A DNA stretch of 24,364 bases. Source: an uncultured bacterium. GTDB lineage: Bacteria; CSSED10-310; CAZUFC01. The stretch lies in the NCBI GenBank assembly GCA_964619725.1, contig CAZUFC010000120.1:1-24364 (forward strand), written 5' to 3'. Numbering within the stretch: position 1 is the stretch's first letter; every line of letters begins with the position of its first letter. The position numbers and the translations under genes were made by a program. Positions 9,072 to 18,658 of this stretch are shown in pieces. Under the pieces are notes generated by a model, which saw only the letters and a list, made by a program, of their open reading frames with translations, did not search any database and was not told where the DNA came from.

Positions 9072-11177
9072 ATGACGAAACATTTCACATGGATACGGTT
9101 TTACAGGGAATCGGCAGAGCTTCTGGTTGAATGGGAAAAGCGTCAGGGAGAACTGATTCGATTTATTGAGGGGCTTCGATCAGCCGGTTTGAAAGTAACG
9201 CCTTTGATGGACAGGGGAGAAGAGGATGCGCCTTTTCTTCTTCAGGAAATCGATCCTTTCACTTTTTTCGGAATTTTTAACCGCGGCATCGCGGATACGG
9301 AAAGAATTTCGATTCTCGCAGAAATTAAAAAGAAATTCGGCGTTAAAAGTCCTTTGCCTGATGATTTCGAAGGTATTCCTGTCCTCAACAACCAACGTTC
9401 CTGGTTTTTCGCTAACCGTTACAACCGACAAAAAAACGATATTCCAAAATTATGGCGCGTTTTCCGTCTGGCGCTGAATGAAAATCCGATTGAGGATCCT
9501 GTTTTTCATGAAGCATTTGACGAAGCTTTGAAGGTTTGGGGCGTTTCTGTCAATCTAAAGATGGGTTTGTTCTGGATAAGGCCTGATCGATTCTTAAACC
9601 TCGATAAAACGAACCGAGAATATCTTAACATTAAACTGCCGTCAGGAGGCCTGACATGGAATTTTTACGTCGAAAAAGTTAAATTCGTTCGTGAAACCGG
9701 AAAATCGTTTCCAGAAATTTCATTCGATGCCTGGAATGCTGCGCAGAATGCCTCAACGGTTGATGTGACAACGGATGAAGAACAAATAGATTTTTGGCTT
9801 GTCGGAGCTTTCTGGAGTGATCAGTTTGATCAAACTAAGAGATTTTTAGAGGAAGGAATATGGCAGAATGGTTATGACGATAAATATCTTGATAACGTAA
9901 GGTCCATGAAAGTCGGAGATAAAATAGCCATTAAGTCTTCTTCAACGCAAAAAAGGAATTTACCCTTTGATGCCGGGGGTAATACCGTTTCCAAATTGAC
10001 GATCAAAGCCCGGGGGACAATCATCGCTAATCGTGGTGACGGCAAAACTGTTGAGGTGGAATGGGATCAGGAATTTAAACAGAAAGAATGGTATTTTTTT
10101 ACGAATAGGGGCACAGTATGGCATCTTAATCTTGATGACGATTACGGATATGTAGAATATTCCCGGGAGCTCATCAATTTTATCTGGCAAGATATCCCGC
10201 AGAACTATGAATGGTTCTTGGAAAGGTATGGAGATGGACAACTGCAGATTGAAGAAACGCCCACGGAAAGCTTAACCAGCATTCGAGTTCCCTACAGCAT
10301 CGATGACATAATTGATTCAGGAGTTTTTATGGAAAGAGAGGAAATAGAGAAGACCATTTGTCGACTCAAAAGTAAGAAAAATCTTATTATTCAGGGGCCG
10401 CCGGGCGTCGGCAAAACATTCATAGCAAAAAAATTGGCTTATGCATTAATTGAATAAAAGGACGACGACAGGATCGAAATGGTGCAATTTCATCAATCCT
10501 ACTGCTATGAAGACTTTGTCAGGGGATATCGTCCTTTGCCGAATTCAGGAGGGGAGTTTAATCTTCAGGATGCCGTCTTTTATAAATTCTGTCAAAAAGC
10601 CGCTGAAGTCCCAGATAGCGAATACGTTTTTATTATTGACGAAATTAATCGAGGTAACCTGAGTCGGATTTTCGGTGAATTGCTGATGTTGATTGAAGCA
10701 GACAAGCGAGGACGCAATTTTTCCGTGCCCTTGATGTATAACCGCCCCGAAGAAGAACCATTTTATATTCCGGAAAACCTTTATATCATTGGAATGATGA
10801 ATCTTGCCGATAGATCTCTTGCGATAGTGGATTATGCCCTTCGTCGACGATTCGCTTTTATGCAGCTCACCCCGAAATTCAAAAGCGATCATTTCAAAAA
10901 TTGGCTTAAGGATAAAAATATGAAAAAAGAGCTAATTGATTTGATCGTAGAACGTATGAGCGAGTTAAATCAGGAAATTGCCGGAGATTCATCGCTTGGA
11001 ATCAATTATGAACTGGGGCATAGTTATTTCTGTCCTAGAGGACAGGATTTTTCCCAGATGGATCGCAAATGGTACGAAGAAATAATTGAAACGGAAATTG
11101 TACCCTTATTAAATGAATACTGGTTTGATGACTCCGGTAAGGTTAAAACTTGCAGAAACAAGTTGCTGGCATCATGA
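9072..11177 (+). pseudogene. mcrB: McrB-family AAA+ GTPase interrupted by one in-frame TAA (10455-10457); 701 aa if read through
   Basis: Walker A GPPGVGKT lies in 9072..10457. The reading continues in the same frame as KDDDRIEMVQFHQSYCYEDFV, then Walker B FIIDEINRGN, signature MNLADRS and DYALRRRF. Confidence 0.88.
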
Positions 11178-12286
11178 CTTCAACAATCGAGAACAATCAT
11201 TCGACATTCATCACGAATAATGGGATTCCAATAAGGAATATCTGGTATATGTTGCTTTATGCATGGAATTTTCCTCATATCCTTGATCCTCGGTACTCTG
11301 AAGTTGAAAAAGCGCCTACGCTTGAAGCTCTTTTTTCAACCATATTGGCCCACCATGTTAAGCAACGAATGAGGATCGGATTAGGACGCGATTACCGTGC
11401 TGAGGAAAACGAGGTCTACGGTATTCGTGGACGCGTTGATTTTGACGAGAGTATACGTCGGATGTCCTTTCAACATGGACGGACATTTTCGCGTTATCAG
11501 GTTTTTCATGAGAACGTTCCGAAAAACCAGATAATTCGAAGCGCTCTGGCCCGTTTGGTCCAGCGAGGAGACTTTGGAGAATCGCAGTATAGCGGAAAAG
11601 AATTGAAGAATAAATCTAGAAAGTTAGTGAGAGTACTGGATGAAATCGACATTATTGAACTGAATCCCGAAATGATATTAAGAGAAATTAAGAATCTCCA
11701 GGACTGGGATTATCGCTTAATGCTGACTTTGTGTTACATCATCAGCCGTTATCTTCTGCCGAACGATATGAAAGGCATGAATTTTCCCGCAAATATCAAT
11801 CGTGATGAATTAATTATTTACGGACTCTACGAAAAATTCGTCGCCGCTTTTTTTAAAATGCGTTTGGCAGGATGGAAAGTTGAGCCTCAGAAGCAGATCG
11901 AGTGGCATGCAATGAATTCATGTGAATTTTTGCCGGTGATGAAACCGGATATCGTTCTTCAGCATCATAAAACCGGAAGCATTATCGTGCTCGATACAAA
12001 ATTCACAAAATCTATACTTGTCAAAGGAAGATGGGACAATGAGACTTTCGATTCAAATCACATTTTTCAGATTTACGCCTATTTGAAATCACAGGAAAAC
12101 TGTTCGAAAAGGCACAGAGAAGCGACCGGAATATTGCTTTACCCTGCCGTTGATCGAAAAATCTTTGAAAAAGTCGAAATTCAGGGTCATAAGTTTTTGT
12201 GGGCTACGATCGATTTGGCGAAACAATGGCAGGAAATTGACCACGATCTTTTGTCTATTCCAAAAAAGGTTTTGGAGATGATTTGA
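11174..12286 (+). CDS. mcrC: McrC-family restriction endonuclease subunit
   Basis: ATGA overlap with the mcrB stop. Motifs IPIRNIWYMLLYAW, IRGRVDF, LYEKFV, catalytic MKPDIV...VLDTKF, FQIYAY and GILLYP. Confidence 0.92.
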   Translation: MTSTIENNHSTFITNNGIPIRNIWYMLLYAWNFPHILDPRYSEVEKAPTLEALFSTILAHHVKQRMRIGLGRDYRAEENEVYGIRGRVDFDESIRRMSFQHGRTFSRYQVFHENVPKNQIIRSALARLVQRGDFGESQYSGKELKNKSRKLVRVLDEIDIIELNPEMILREIKNLQDWDYRLMLTLCYIISRYLLPNDMKGMNFPANINRDELIIYGLYEKFVAAFFKMRLAGWKVEPQKQIEWHAMNSCEFLPVMKPDIVLQHHKTGSIIVLDTKFTKSILVKGRWDNETFDSNHIFQIYAYLKSQENCSKRHREATGILLYPAVDRKIFEKVEIQGHKFLWATIDLAKQWQEIDHDLLSIPKKVLEMI

Positions 12287-12630
12287 ATTCAAGGAGTTAT
12301 ATACTATCTTAAATTCTGATTGATATCGATACAAGAATGGTCATGGCGACCAGGGAAATCGGGGGTAATGTTCCGGAAAAAGTTATAACGGCGGCAAAGA
12401 CCGGTGATAATGCTTTTGCCTGAGAAATACGTATGCTTGACGCTGTTAACTTTTTGAATTCAGACATTTTAATTCCGTTTGGATCGCGAAGATAGCCGAT
12501 GTGTCTCGAATGGAGTTTATGCTTTTTTTTTGAAATATAAGAAGATTTCCCTTTGCAGGCATAATTAGTTGCTGAAGAGCGAGAACGATTGAATCAGTCA
12601 GGAAAATATTTTTGCACAAAATAACAAAAA

Positions 12631-12669
12631 TTGACAGAGATTGTCTTTTTCTGTTATACTGAAAAAGAC
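12631..12669 (+). promoter_or_regulatory. parDE promoter with overlapping inverted repeats (probable antitoxin operator)
   Basis: TTGACA (12631-36), 18 nt, extended -10 TGtTATACT (12652-60). Palindromes GACA-N5-TGTC (12633-45) and GTCTTTTTC-N9-GAAAAAGAC (12643-69). Confidence 0.7.
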
Positions 12670-12697
12670 GAATCAGCGTCTGTAAGTGAGGTGAATT

Positions 12698-12970
12698 ATG
12701 AACATATCTTTAACTAAGAAGCTCGAGAAATGGGTCCAGAACAAGGTCAGGAGCGGTTTGTACAATTCATCGAGTGAGGTTGTGCGGGAAGCTCTTCGAC
12801 AGATGTATGAAAACGACAGATTGCGTGAGTTAGGTCTTATTGAACTTCGCCGGAAGATTGAAAAGGGTCTTCAAAGTCTTGACGCCGGTAAGGGGCTTCC
12901 ATTTGATGACTCTTTAACCGAAGAGATAAAGAAGGAAGGCAGGAAACGCAGAGGAGACGGAGAAAAATGA
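12698..12970 (+). CDS. parD: ParD-like (CC2985 family) RHH antitoxin
   Basis: MNISLT...VRSGLYNSSSEVVREALR signature; GAGGTG SD. Confidence 0.92.
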   Translation: MNISLTKKLEKWVQNKVRSGLYNSSSEVVREALRQMYENDRLRELGLIELRRKIEKGLQSLDAGKGLPFDDSLTEEIKKEGRKRRGDGEK

Positions 12971-13272
12971 TTCCGCTCGAGCTGGTTATCTCTCCTGAAG
13001 CCAGAGACGATCTGATTGAGATTTGGCGCTATATTGCCGATGACAATCCGGCAAAGGCTGACGAGTTGATTGAAGATATTCATGAAAGGTGCAGATTGAT
13101 TGCTGATAATCCAAGTATCGGACGTTCCAGGGAAGAATTCAGTTATAGATTGAGAAGTTTTGTTTATCGCCGGTATATAATTTTCTATAGAGCAAAATCT
13201 GGTGTATTGGAGATTGTCCGTGTTTTAAGCGGGTATCGAGATATGAACGGGATTTTCAAGGATTTAGAATGA
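12967..13272 (+). CDS. parE: ParE/RelE-family toxin
   Basis: ISPEARDDLIEIWRYIADDNPAKA...NPSIGRSR...YIIFYR...EIVRVL; ATGA overlap with parD. Confidence 0.92.
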   Translation: MIPLELVISPEARDDLIEIWRYIADDNPAKADELIEDIHERCRLIADNPSIGRSREEFSYRLRSFVYRRYIIFYRAKSGVLEIVRVLSGYRDMNGIFKDLE

Positions 13273-13286
13273 TGACCAATTACCGA

Positions 13287-14474
13287 TCATTCAAAAAGAA
13301 CGCGAACCGTTTTATTGCCCACCATACGCGAGAAAAGACTGAAATCACCTGTTTCGTGGCGAATACGCCCTGCGATAATGGCTGGACTTATTTTGAGTTC
13401 CCTGGCCGTTTCCGTAATTTCCCGGCGTTTTGTCGCTTCATTGAAATTCAAGTTTTTCCAGATTGATTGCGGTATCATGCAATCTGAAGCATATTCGTCG
13501 GCTTCTTTTTCGACGGCGCTGTTCTGTTCGGCATTGAGGTCATCGAATATAATTTCGTCGGCGCCGGGTTTCAGGTGAAGCGCTATGTGCGACAGTTCGT
13601 GAATCAATGTGAACCAGAAATTGTCCAGGCGATCGTAACGGAGCGTCATTGCGACAAGCGGCGTTCCGTCGGGCATCAGGATGGCTGCTCCGTCCAGGTA
13701 TGTTTTCGGGAGATGCCTTTCCGTCACTAAATGTATTCCGTGTTTAAGCAAGTATTCCTTTGCCAGGAGCGGGCCTTTATTGAAAAGACTCAGTTTGACC
13801 AATTCCTTCAGGAAATCCCGGCATACCGTTCCCGTTTCGTAGTTCGCCGTTTTTTGTCTCATGGCTTGTTTCATTACCCTTATCCGCCATGCCGTCAAAT
13901 TATACAGGTCCATTTTACATTTTTGTCTTATTTTGCTTCTTAAGAAGGTAGGGGAAAGCAGTTCCTGATCGAGCGGTTTGATGAAATTCAGCATGATTTT
14001 CCGGGCTTCTTTTTTCGCCATGCGCGTCGTTCCTTTGTATTCGATCCATCCTCTTTTTATCATTTCCGCAACGGGAAATTTCTGCCATTCCAGGTCCCCG
14101 GTTTCCGCAAGAGTCGCATCAGGTTCCCGGAGAAGGACTTCAGCAGGTATGCCCAAGCCTTCATGCAGTCTGCGAATCATTGATCGGCTTAATCCTCTTT
14201 TGCCGGATAATACCTCGGATACTTTGCTTGCACTCCCGATATACGGAATCAAATCTTTCTGCCTCAATCCCTGCTGCTCCATTCTGAATTTAATCGCTTC
14301 AACGGGATCGGGCATTTCAACCGGAAAATTTTCTTTTTCATACAGCATGACCAGGGTCGTCCATAATTCCAGCTCATCGGATTCAGAACTTCCGGGCCCG
14401 GCATCCATCAGCTCGTTTATTCTTTCCAGCGCTTTTTCATATTCTTCTTCTGATTTTATTAGTTTTGGGTTCAT
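13287..14474 (-). CDS. higA: HigA-type HTH antitoxin fused to an ImmA/IrrE (HExxH) metallopeptidase domain
   Basis: IKSEEEYEKAL...PDPVEAIKFRMEQQGLRQKDL..IGSASKVSEVLSGKR (HigA HTH), then LDGAA, LRYDRLDNFWFTLIHELSH and EKEADEYA (ImmA/IrrE). Confidence 0.9.
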   Translation of the reverse strand: MNPKLIKSEEEYEKALERINELMDAGPGSSESDELELWTTLVMLYEKENFPVEMPDPVEAIKFRMEQQGLRQKDLIPYIGSASKVSEVLSGKRGLSRSMIRRLHEGLGIPAEVLLREPDATLAETGDLEWQKFPVAEMIKRGWIEYKGTTRMAKKEARKIMLNFIKPLDQELLSPTFLRSKIRQKCKMDLYNLTAWRIRVMKQAMRQKTANYETGTVCRDFLKELVKLSLFNKGPLLAKEYLLKHGIHLVTERHLPKTYLDGAAILMPDGTPLVAMTLRYDRLDNFWFTLIHELSHIALHLKPGADEIIFDDLNAEQNSAVEKEADEYASDCMIPQSIWKNLNFNEATKRREITETARELKISPAIIAGRIRHETGDFSLFSRMVGNKTVRVLFE

Positions 14475-14767
14475 CAGACCTCCTCCGCGTTTATCCTGTC
14501 ATACTCCGCGTGAGTCCCGACAAATCTTATTGCAGCAAGTCCTGCTCGGTAATTGAATTTCACGACAAGACGATATTTGTTTCCCCTAATGTTGAAAACG
14601 ACTCGACTATTTCCGATATTACTTGCACTGGCGTATCTAGATTTTACATCCATGAAGCTTTTCCAATCAGCATTTTTTGCTTCGTAAAACCATGACTCTA
14701 AAGCATTTTTTGAATCAGCGTGCTTTTCCTGAAAGTCTTTAAGCAGTTTCAGTCCGACGACTCGCAT
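14474..14767 (-). CDS. higB: HigB-family mRNA interferase toxin
   Basis: MRVVG...ALESWFYE...VVFNIRGNKYRLVV...IRFVGTHAEYDRI; TGATG overlap with higA. Confidence 0.93.
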   Translation of the reverse strand: MRVVGLKLLKDFQEKHADSKNALESWFYEAKNADWKSFMDVKSRYASASNIGNSRVVFNIRGNKYRLVVKFNYRAGLAAIRFVGTHAEYDRINAEEV

Positions 14768-14771
14768 TTTT

Positions 14772-14821
14772 ATTTTTCCATTTCAGGAATATAATGTCAA
14801 GAAAAATTCCCATTTTGGGAA
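14772..14821 (-). promoter_or_regulatory. higBA promoter and operators, probably a leaderless transcript
   Basis: Minus-strand TTGACA at 14800-14795, with a weak -10 17 nt downstream that ends just before the ATG; no SD. Perfect palindrome TTCCCA-N3-TGGGAA (14807-21) and a degenerate copy TTCCATTTCAGGAA (14776-89) flank the -35. Confidence 0.6.
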
Positions 14822-14917
14822 GATTATATTCTTACACAAAAACCATAAACAGAAATTTTCATCAATGATACATTCAAAAAAAATAAATAAACCGGATAGT
14901 CATCAGCGTCAATTTTC

Positions 14918-17026
14918 CTAAGCCCAATTCATTTGAATGTATCGGTGCATTTCTTCCGGATCGAGAGAACGGGTCGTATTTCCATGACGAATAAAAAACA
15001 TTGTTCCTTTTGAATCTTCCATGAATACTGGTTCCGGCGATTTTTCAACATCAACGGCGCATATAGTATTCTCATCAATTTCTGCGAATCTTATCTTTAC
15101 AAACCGGGCATATTCTACTCCTATACGGTCCCTGATAATATCCGTCAGCAATTGTTCAAAGCCGTCGACGGATTTCTTTTTCAACGTGCTCAAATCAAGG
15201 TCTATTCCCAATACATCGCCGTTGTCTTCCACGCCTATTATCAATGTACCTCCTTCGGAATTCAAGAAAGCAGCGATGGTTTTAAGAACGGAAAACCTCA
15301 GGTTTTTATTAATTTCATTTCTTACGACGTCCCATTGAATTGTACTCTTGAATTCCAATGTGGCGCTTTCGCCCAGTTGTATTAATTCATTGACGGTACG
15401 GTCGTGCATGATTTCCGGTTCAGCTATGAGCGATGACATGAAGTCGTTTATTCGGCAAGCAATGATCCTTCTTCGAGAATCCAGGAATTTTCTATAATTT
15501 TCCACTTTCCAAAATTCAGGATTCATTGGAATGAATTGTTTTACCAAGGCGCCGGGATATTTATTTTCAACATCTGCAAAGTATTCGGCAGGAACCTTAT
15601 TTGATATGTTAATATTCGTATCCGCTGTGAGAAAAGCCCTGTTTGCGATTTCATTCACCAATTTGCGGTGCAAATGATTGTCCGAATCGAATCCATTTTT
15701 GTAGAGAATGGAGCTGGGAAAAATATGGTGACTATGAATTTTATATGAGGTTCCATGTGTTACTCCCAAAGAAGCGCCGTTAAACCAGTCGACAGCCCCC
15801 TGCGTTTTCGCGATAATGAATGCCATCCGATATAAAGGATGCTGAGCGCCTCGACCTTCCAGGTCGCCGGGTTTTACCTTGATGCGCCCGCGTTGGTCTT
15901 CAATTTGTTTAATTAACACAAGCCATGGTTTTCTATGTCGTGCAACGAGAGACACATCATGCTCCAGGCGCTGATCAGTCTGAGCTGTAAACCTTGACCA
16001 CATTAAAGCGGCATATAACCAATGTATTGCTTTTTTGATCGAGCTATCATCGGGAAACCTCAATTCATGCAAGGATAAATAGGCGACAACGGGAATGAAG
16101 GCATTCGTCGTATTAACGTCTTCCGTTGAATGTATTCTTGCTCTTTCCGGCAGAATTGTAATCAGATAATCCATGATTTTGCTTAACTTGTTCCAACCTT
16201 CTTGAAGTTTTTCTTTGGGAACATTATGAATTTGTTCGAAGAGTGCACGATTCGTTACGATAACTGTCAATGCCCTCGTCATGAAAGTAAGGTCAAAATA
16301 GAAATTCATTCGACTCATTTCGGCGATTTTCATTTTCATTACACGCCTGGCCTGGGGCCATTTGCCGGTAATATGAGTCAACGCCAGGTCCGCATCTGAT
16401 AATTTCGTTCCTTTGCTGTTAACCCTGTCGAAAATATCTATGGCGTCGTCAATCGATGCTTTGATGGGTACTGTTTGTTCAGGTAAATCCATCTCCTTAA
16501 TTTGTCTCAGTTTGTTAATATTTTTATTGAATTGATTCGCGAGCTTAAACGCGTCTTTGTCATCGACATCCTGGGTCTGAGCTATTTCAAAAGGATTTAT
16601 CCTGTCGCTTATAAAGCAATCTATTACACGCCACCATAAATTATTGCCGTGCATTTTAGATGCCTGGTAATACTGGAAATCACCATTGGAAATATTGAAA
16701 TAGAGATCACGGCAATCTTTGTTAATGTCCTTTTTGCTGTAATACGGAGGTATTTGACCTGTGATCAACATGTAAAGCGTCGTGAGTCTTTGTTGACCGT
16801 CGAGGATAATTTGGACGGTTCCCAATCTTTCCGGTAAATCGTTTATATTTTTAAGCTCTGGAGGCGAATCAGTCTTCCAAAAGAGTAAACTTCCTACCGG
16901 ATATTCTTTCATTAATGAAACCATGAGTTGCTTTGCCTGTTCGCGAGACCAGACATATTCGCGCTGAAATTCAGGCAATACTAAATTTCTTTTCTCGATG
17001 TCTGCGATTAAATTAATAATTTTCAT
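14918..17026 (-). CDS. DUF262 (GmrS/ParB-like) + His-Me/HNH-like (GmrD-like) + C-terminal Schlafen/AlbA_2 fusion protein
   Basis: LPEFQREYVW, YPVGSLLFW, ILDGQQRLTT and IFDRVNSKGTKL (DUF262). HSHHIFP...NEIANRAFL...N (HNH-like). GESATLEFKS...AAFLNSEGGTLIIGVEDNG...FFIRHGNTTR (AlbA_2). Confidence 0.87.
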   Translation of the reverse strand: MKIINLIADIEKRNLVLPEFQREYVWSREQAKQLMVSLMKEYPVGSLLFWKTDSPPELKNINDLPERLGTVQIILDGQQRLTTLYMLITGQIPPYYSKKDINKDCRDLYFNISNGDFQYYQASKMHGNNLWWRVIDCFISDRINPFEIAQTQDVDDKDAFKLANQFNKNINKLRQIKEMDLPEQTVPIKASIDDAIDIFDRVNSKGTKLSDADLALTHITGKWPQARRVMKMKIAEMSRMNFYFDLTFMTRALTVIVTNRALFEQIHNVPKEKLQEGWNKLSKIMDYLITILPERARIHSTEDVNTTNAFIPVVAYLSLHELRFPDDSSIKKAIHWLYAALMWSRFTAQTDQRLEHDVSLVARHRKPWLVLIKQIEDQRGRIKVKPGDLEGRGAQHPLYRMAFIIAKTQGAVDWFNGASLGVTHGTSYKIHSHHIFPSSILYKNGFDSDNHLHRKLVNEIANRAFLTADTNINISNKVPAEYFADVENKYPGALVKQFIPMNPEFWKVENYRKFLDSRRRIIACRINDFMSSLIAEPEIMHDRTVNELIQLGESATLEFKSTIQWDVVRNEINKNLRFSVLKTIAAFLNSEGGTLIIGVEDNGDVLGIDLDLSTLKKKSVDGFEQLLTDIIRDRIGVEYARFVKIRFAEIDENTICAVDVEKSPEPVFMEDSKGTMFFIRHGNTTRSLDPEEMHRYIQMNWA

Positions 17027-17134
17027 AATACTGTCCTTATTAATATTTTTTTTTTCGGAATAACCTTTACTTTAAACTTCCATAATTATTGACCGTCTAA
17101 AAAATCAAGGAGATCGAAATTAAAATGTGAGAAC

Positions 17135-18658
17135 TTATTCTGAATCAATGATTTTCTCCTTTCTGTCTTCTAAATCCTCCAAAACACCACGAATCTGATC
17201 CAGGGCCGATTCCAGGTCTTCTGCTATTTCTGCGGCAATGATGTGGGGATCGGGCAGGTTTTCTGAGTCTTCCAGGCTTTTGTCTCTGAGCCAGAATATG
17301 TCAAGGCTTGCTTTGTCCCGGTTAATTATTTCGTTGTATGTGTATGGTCGCCAGCGGCCTTCGGGGTTTTCTTCAGTCCAGGCGGGTTTTCTGTTCTTTC
17401 TGTCGCCGGGGTTATAGCATTTTACGAAGTCGTCCAGGTCTTTTTTCGTCAACCTGTTTTCCTTCAGAGTGAAATGTTTGTTGGTTCTCAGGTCGTAGAA
17501 CCATATTTTTTCCGTCCAGGGTTTGTCGCTGCCCGGTTTGCGGTCGAAGAAGACGACATTGGCTTTGACTCCCTGGGCGTAGAAGATGCCGGTAGGTAGT
17601 CTCAGTATTGTGTGGAGGTCGCATTGTTCCATTAGTTTTCGTCTGACTGTTTCTCCGGCGCCGCCTTCGAACAGGACGTTGTCGGGAAGGACTACGGCGG
17701 CTCGTCCGTTTATTTTCAGGAGGCTCTTGATGTGTTGTACGAAATTTAACTGCTTATTGGTCGTGCTGGTCCAGAAATCGGGACGGCTGTAGGTTACCGT
17801 TCGCCTGGAGGTTTCGCCTTCTTTGTTGACTATCAGGATGCTGCTTTTTTTTCCGAAAGGAGGATTGGTCGCTACAACATCGAAATGATCTGAGGGTTGT
17901 TCGCTCAAACTGTCCTTGCCGCCTGTCACCGGGGGTTCATGTTCGTCGTCGTCCGGGCCTATGCCGTGGAGGAAAAGGTTCATGGCGCACAGTCTGGCGA
18001 CACCATCCACGAGTTCTATTCCTCTTAGGAAGTTGTATTTCAGGTGACGTTTCTGGTCGCGGTCCAGGTTGAAATTTTCTGCCGTGTAATGATGGGCAAA
18101 AAGGAGAAACCCTCCGGTGCCGCATGCAGGATCGCAGACGACCTCATCCGGCTGCGGTTGAAGACAATGGATTATCGCACTGATCAGGGGACGTGGAGTA
18201 AAATATTGACCCGCTCCTGTCTTGATGTCCTGGGCATTGCGCTCCAGCAACGCTTCGTACGCATCGCCCTTAACGTCGGAGGACATGGTTAACCAATCTT
18301 CTTTGCCTATCAGTTCCACGATCAGTTGGCGCAGTTTCGCCGGGTCCTGTATTCTGTTCTGGGCTTTGCTGAATATGAGTCCCAGCATTCCTTTCTGTTT
18401 TCCCAGTTCTTTGAGGGTTTTCCTGTAATGCTTGTCGAGTTCTTCGCCTTCCATCTGCGGTGAGGCTAATCGGCTCCAGCGATACTCCTCCGGAATAGGA
18501 TGCTTGCCTCCATGGTAGGAAAACCGCTCATCCGCCATCTTCAGAAACAATAAAAACGTCAACTGCTCCAGATAATCCTGGTAAGACAATCCGTCGTCTC
18601 TCAATACGTTGCAGTAACTCCACAGTTTCTTTCCCAACCTGTCGCTGTGATCGGTCAT
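17135..18658 (-). CDS. hsdM: Type I RM methyltransferase subunit (m6A)
   Basis: LWSYCNVLRDDG, GQYFTPR, motif I DPACGTGGFL, motif IV TNPPF, LRLPTGIFY. Confidence 0.96.
   Translation of the reverse strand: MTDHSDRLGKKLWSYCNVLRDDGLSYQDYLEQLTFLLFLKMADERFSYHGGKHPIPEEYRWSRLASPQMEGEELDKHYRKTLKELGKQKGMLGLIFSKAQNRIQDPAKLRQLIVELIGKEDWLTMSSDVKGDAYEALLERNAQDIKTGAGQYFTPRPLISAIIHCLQPQPDEVVCDPACGTGGFLLFAHHYTAENFNLDRDQKRHLKYNFLRGIELVDGVARLCAMNLFLHGIGPDDDEHEPPVTGGKDSLSEQPSDHFDVVATNPPFGKKSSILIVNKEGETSRRTVTYSRPDFWTSTTNKQLNFVQHIKSLLKINGRAAVVLPDNVLFEGGAGETVRRKLMEQCDLHTILRLPTGIFYAQGVKANVVFFDRKPGSDKPWTEKIWFYDLRTNKHFTLKENRLTKKDLDDFVKCYNPGDRKNRKPAWTEENPEGRWRPYTYNEIINRDKASLDIFWLRDKSLEDSENLPDPHIIAAEIAEDLESALDQIRGVLEDLEDRKEKIIDSE

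Noticed and set aside
10450-10662. ORF overlapping the mcrB stop, suggesting a programmed frameshift
   Set aside because: The McrB homology continues in the original frame, so no frameshift is needed; this ORF is a shadow.
12337-12496. Possible gene fragment between mcrC and parD
   Set aside because: Short, interrupted by a stop, and no identifiable motif.
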